38,415 nucleotides of DNA from an uncultured Christensenella sp. (lineage in GTDB: Bacteria; Bacillota; Clostridia; Christensenellales; Aristaeellaceae): the NCBI GenBank assembly GCA_964405705.1, contig CAYOOZ010000002.1:1-38415 (forward strand), read 5' to 3'. The notes below the pieces were generated by a model, which ran no database searches, had not been told where the DNA came from, and was given only the letters and a program-made list of their open reading frames with translations. This document shows positions 35,597 through 38,415 of the stretch, one piece after another (positions within the stretch are counted from its first letter, which is position 1; each line of letters begins with the position of its first letter). The translations under genes and the position numbers were made by a program.

Positions 35597-36682
35597 ATGG
35601 ATTATCTAGCGTTTTATGACCAGCTGAAAAAGAAAAGCCTGCAAAAGGTTTATCTCTTTGAGGGCGAGGAGGAGTTTGGCAAGGAAAGCGCGCTGGCTGA
35701 CTTAAAAAAATCCTTGCTTTGTGGCCCACTGGCCCTGATGAATGAGAGCGTGCTCAATAACCCCGCAGACAGCGATTTAATCGCGGTCTGCGAAACCCTG
35801 CCCATCATGGAAGAAAAGCGGCTGGTCATCGTCAAGGAACATGCCCAATTGCTAAACAAAGGCGGCAAACAAGCAGCGGAGGAGGAAACCCCGGAGGGGG
35901 AGGAGGAAGAGGACAAGCCCGGTAAAAAAAGCGATGCCCTCACCCCTTATTTATCCCGCCTGCCAGACACAGTCTGCCTGGTCTTTTTTGCCCGGGGCAA
36001 GGCCAGGGGCACCAGCCGCTTGTACAAGAAAATCAAGGAATTGGGCGGCCTTGTCGCCTTTGACCAATTGGACGCGCAGCGCCTCACCAAGTGGGTCGCC
36101 AGGGAGTTTAAACACTACAACCTGGACATTGACCGGCAAACGGCAGAGCACCTGACCTTTGCCTGCGGGAAGGAGCTGATGAGCCTCAAAGGTGAAATCG
36201 CCAAAATCGCAGCCTATGCCGCTGGCAAGGAGGCCATCAGCATAGCGGACATCGACCAAATTGCCACCCTGAGCGTGGACTATAAGGTCTTTGACCTGTC
36301 CGACAAGGTGGCGGACGGGCAAGCGGAGAAAGCCCTGCCTTTGTTAGAGGAAATGTTAAGGGGCGGGGAGCAGCGGCTGATGCTCTTGGCCCTCTTGCAG
36401 CGGCATTACCGCCAATTGCTCTTTACGCGCATCTTAATGGACGACAGGCAATCCCAAAACACCATCGCGGGCGAATTGGGCCTGCCAGGATTTGTGGCCA
36501 GAAGGCTGATGAACACCGCCGCTAACTACAACTCTGAGCAGTTAAAGGCTGCCTATTTGAAGTGCATCAACCAGGAATACCTGGTCAAAAGCGGGCAAAT
36601 CCAGGAGGACGGCTCCCTGGAGCAGCTGGTTCATGTGCTGATTGATTTGGCCAGGAAAGGCAGGGAGAAAAAATATGCCTGA
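35597..36682 (+). CDS. holA: DNA polymerase III delta subunit
   Basis: The ATG at 35597 is preceded by AGGAAGGGAG, 1 nt after the comEC stop. The 361-aa product starts MDYLAFYDQLKKKSLQKVYLFEGEEEF, a typical HolA N-terminus. It sits in the conserved position downstream of comEC seen in Firmicutes. I reject the longer ORF-track version, which overlaps comEC. Confidence 0.85.
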   Translation: MDYLAFYDQLKKKSLQKVYLFEGEEEFGKESALADLKKSLLCGPLALMNESVLNNPADSDLIAVCETLPIMEEKRLVIVKEHAQLLNKGGKQAAEEETPEGEEEEDKPGKKSDALTPYLSRLPDTVCLVFFARGKARGTSRLYKKIKELGGLVAFDQLDAQRLTKWVAREFKHYNLDIDRQTAEHLTFACGKELMSLKGEIAKIAAYAAGKEAISIADIDQIATLSVDYKVFDLSDKVADGQAEKALPLLEEMLRGGEQRLMLLALLQRHYRQLLFTRILMDDRQSQNTIAGELGLPGFVARRLMNTAANYNSEQLKAAYLKCINQEYLVKSGQIQEDGSLEQLVHVLIDLARKGREKKYA

Positions 36683-37391
36683 TTTTGAGTTATTAAGCAG
36701 TCTGGGGATCAATCTGGATGAGACGGCGCAGGAGCGCCTGCGCCTCTACCATCAGATGCTGGTGGACAGCAGCGAGCGCATGGACCTGACTAAGGTGAAG
36801 GAAGAGGACATGAGCCTGCGCCATTACGCGGACAGCCTGTTGGTCTTAGGGGCTGGGCTGATTCCAAACAACATTCACTTAATTGACGTGGGCACTGGCG
36901 CCGGCTTTCCAGGGTTGCCGCTGGCCATCGCGAGGCCTGATATCAAGGTGACCTTGTTGGAGAGCAAGCAGAAGCGCTGCGCCTTCTTGGAAGAGGTAGT
37001 GACAGCCCTCAAATTGACCAACGTGCGCGTGCTTTGCGCCAGGGCGGAGGACCTGGCCTTTGGCGCCAACCGCGAGCTGTATGACATCGCCACCGCCAGG
37101 GCCGTGGCCTCCCTGTCCACGCTTTGTGAATACCTGCTCCCCTATGTGCGCGTGGGCGGCAAGGCCCTGTGCTGGAAGGGGCCCGCGGTGTTGGATGAGC
37201 TTCAAAGCGGGCAGAAGGCGGCCAAGATGCTGGGCGGCAAGCTGGGCGAGTTGGTGGACCTGGGCTTGCCGGGGCGCAGCTCCTTTGTGCAGGTGATTAA
37301 AAAGTTTTCCGCTACAAACAAAAAATACCCGCGCAAGGCGGGCACCCCAACGGCCAAGCCCCTGGGGGTGGAGGAGAAGCCGGCGGATTAA
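36675..37391 (+). CDS. rsmG: 16S rRNA (guanine527-N7)-methyltransferase
   Basis: The ATG at 36675 is preceded by AGGGAG. The SAM motif is IDVGTGAGFPGLPLAI, and the overall pattern is RsmG/GidB-like (HYADSL..., VTLLESKQKRCAFL). Confidence 0.9.
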   Translation: MPDFELLSSLGINLDETAQERLRLYHQMLVDSSERMDLTKVKEEDMSLRHYADSLLVLGAGLIPNNIHLIDVGTGAGFPGLPLAIARPDIKVTLLESKQKRCAFLEEVVTALKLTNVRVLCARAEDLAFGANRELYDIATARAVASLSTLCEYLLPYVRVGGKALCWKGPAVLDELQSGQKAAKMLGGKLGELVDLGLPGRSSFVQVIKKFSATNKKYPRKAGTPTAKPLGVEEKPAD

Positions 37392-38107
37392 CCTTCCTTC
37401 TTGACAGAAAAGGCCGCCGCGATGGCCAGGTTTAATGAATCAATCGCATCGGACTGCTCAATCATAACCGGCTGGCCCAAGCTTATAAATCTTTCCGGCA
37501 GGCCGCTGCCCTCATTGCCAAAAATCAGGCTGTGGGGGGTTTTTTTGCCCAAAACTGCCTGGTTTAAGGGAAGGGCTTGATCTGAAAGCAGGAAGGGGTA
37601 AAAAGCGCGGTTCTTGTGCGCTCCCAAATAAGATTCAAAATCAGTGAACTCCGCAACTTGCAAGGAGAAGTTGGCACCCATGCAAGCCCTGACAGTCTGG
37701 GGCTCATCCTTATCCGCGCAGGGCAAGATCAGGGCGATGTTGGTATAGGAGAAGCCCAGGGCCGCGCGCAAAATGGTGCCCAGGTTACCCGCGTCCATGG
37801 GGTTGACCAGCACCAGGTGGTTGGCGGATTGGGACAATTGACCGCCTTCCTTTTGGTAGACGGCAGCGGCATAGCAATTGTCCTTGCCGGAGACGCGGCG
37901 CAGCAGGCGATCCGCCTCCTCCACGCGGATGTTGTTTTGCTCACAGGCGGAAAGAAGGGCCAAAGCCCCCTCCCCCTTGCCAAGCCGGGAGGAGATGAGC
38001 ATGCGTTGTACCCTTTGAGGCGCGTTTTTGAGCGCCTGCATCGCTGGATACAGCCCCAGGGCATAGGAATAATCCAGGTTCCTGGAATATGGTTCAAGGG
38101 GTGGCAT
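37388..38107 (-). CDS. TrmH/SpoU-family RNA 2'-O-methyltransferase
   Basis: SpoU motifs NPMDAGNLGTILRAA, LIFGNEGSGLP and IDSLNLAIAAA are present. I chose the start at ATG 38107 (MPPLEPY...), which overlaps the upstream helicase stop by 14 nt. The N-terminal 42 aa of the ORF-track version are Arg/Ala-rich and lie inside the helicase gene. Confidence 0.75.
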   Translation of the reverse strand: MPPLEPYSRNLDYSYALGLYPAMQALKNAPQRVQRMLISSRLGKGEGALALLSACEQNNIRVEEADRLLRRVSGKDNCYAAAVYQKEGGQLSQSANHLVLVNPMDAGNLGTILRAALGFSYTNIALILPCADKDEPQTVRACMGANFSLQVAEFTDFESYLGAHKNRAFYPFLLSDQALPLNQAVLGKKTPHSLIFGNEGSGLPERFISLGQPVMIEQSDAIDSLNLAIAAAFSVKKEG

Positions 38108-38415
38108 TCTGGGCCTCCTCTTCATTGTCCGATAAAAGATCATACAGCGCAGACAGCAGCCGCTTGGCCGTCTCCTTGCCGCCCTCGCCGATCTCATTGA
38201 CTGGGCCCGCGCAGGAGGGGCAGCCAGCCTCACAGGCGCAGGCGCGAACCACCTCCAGGGCGTGCAACACCAGCATTTTGCGCATCAGGAAGGCCTTTTC
38301 AGAAAGGCCGATGCCGCCGGGACAGTTGTCATACAGGATGACGGTGGGCAAATCCGTAAAGGGGCTTTTGACCTGGTAGCTGATGGCCAAATCCCGGGGG
38401 GAGCACATCAAATAC
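38094..38415 (-). CDS. C-terminal end of a DEAD/DEAH-box helicase with DUF1998 zinc domain (MrfA/YprA-like), 5'-truncated by the window edge
   Basis: The frame stays open to the window end. The translation ...VILYDNCPGGIGLSEKAF...ACACEAGCPSCAGPVNE... shows the Cys-cluster C-terminal domain that I associate with DUF1998 helicases. Confidence 0.65.
   Translation of the reverse strand, partial: YLMCSPRDLAISYQVKSPFTDLPTVILYDNCPGGIGLSEKAFLMRKMLVLHALEVVRACACEAGCPSCAGPVNEIGEGGKETAKRLLSALYDLLSDNEEEAQNATP

Noticed and set aside
1-38415. I scanned for CRISPR repeats, tRNA/rRNA genes, IS elements, integrases, toxin-antitoxin pairs and known defence-system genes.
   Set aside because: No regularly spaced repeats were seen. 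No tRNA-like T-arm/acceptor patterns appear in the short intergenic regions. There are no transposase or recombinase-like ORFs. Every ORF longer than 100 aa outside known genes is accounted for as an alternative-frame artefact. RmuC here has the standard housekeeping architecture and context.

Overview
This window looks like ordinary chromosome from a moderately GC-rich, Gram-positive-type (Bacillota/Clostridia-like) genome. That assignment rests on AGGAGG-type ribosome binding sites, sigmaA-like -35/-10 boxes, and the conserved neighbourhoods dxs-tlyA, ybaB-recR and comEC-holA. I support 38 protein-coding genes, two of them cut by the window edges, packed with many 1-14 nt start/stop overlaps. 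I also call seven candidate promoters (three with full -35/-10 boxes) and five stem-loop elements: four rho-independent terminators and one intra-operon hairpin. I found no rRNA, tRNA, CRISPR array, IS/transposase, integrase or prophage signature. Most genes are housekeeping:
- Isoprenoid synthesis and RNA modification: dxs, tlyA, tcdA, rsmG, and a TrmH-family methyltransferase.
- DNA transactions: recD2, comFC, recX, rmuC, tdk, recR, ybaB, topB, comEC, holA, and the tail of an MrfA/YprA-like helicase.
- Envelope: lgt, two VanW/SH3 paralogs, and two beta-lactamase-fold serine hydrolases.
- Redox: fprA, a ferredoxin, and an Fe-S aldo/keto reductase.

The one module that looks non-standard is a self-contained five-gene Opp/Dpp-type ABC importer at 15472-23914, with its own promoter and terminator. 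Four of its five components are much larger than the canonical family:
- The substrate-binding protein is 806 aa and contains no cysteine.
- The OppC-like permease carries a ~210-aa extracytoplasmic loop.
- The OppD-like ATPase carries a ~360-aa helical insertion between the Q-loop and the ABC signature.
- The OppF-like ATPase carries a ~85-aa K/E-rich insertion before the Q-loop.

All catalytic motifs in these proteins are intact. This is my best candidate for something under-described, but I cannot establish novelty without database searches. The remaining findings are lower-interest points about operon architecture.
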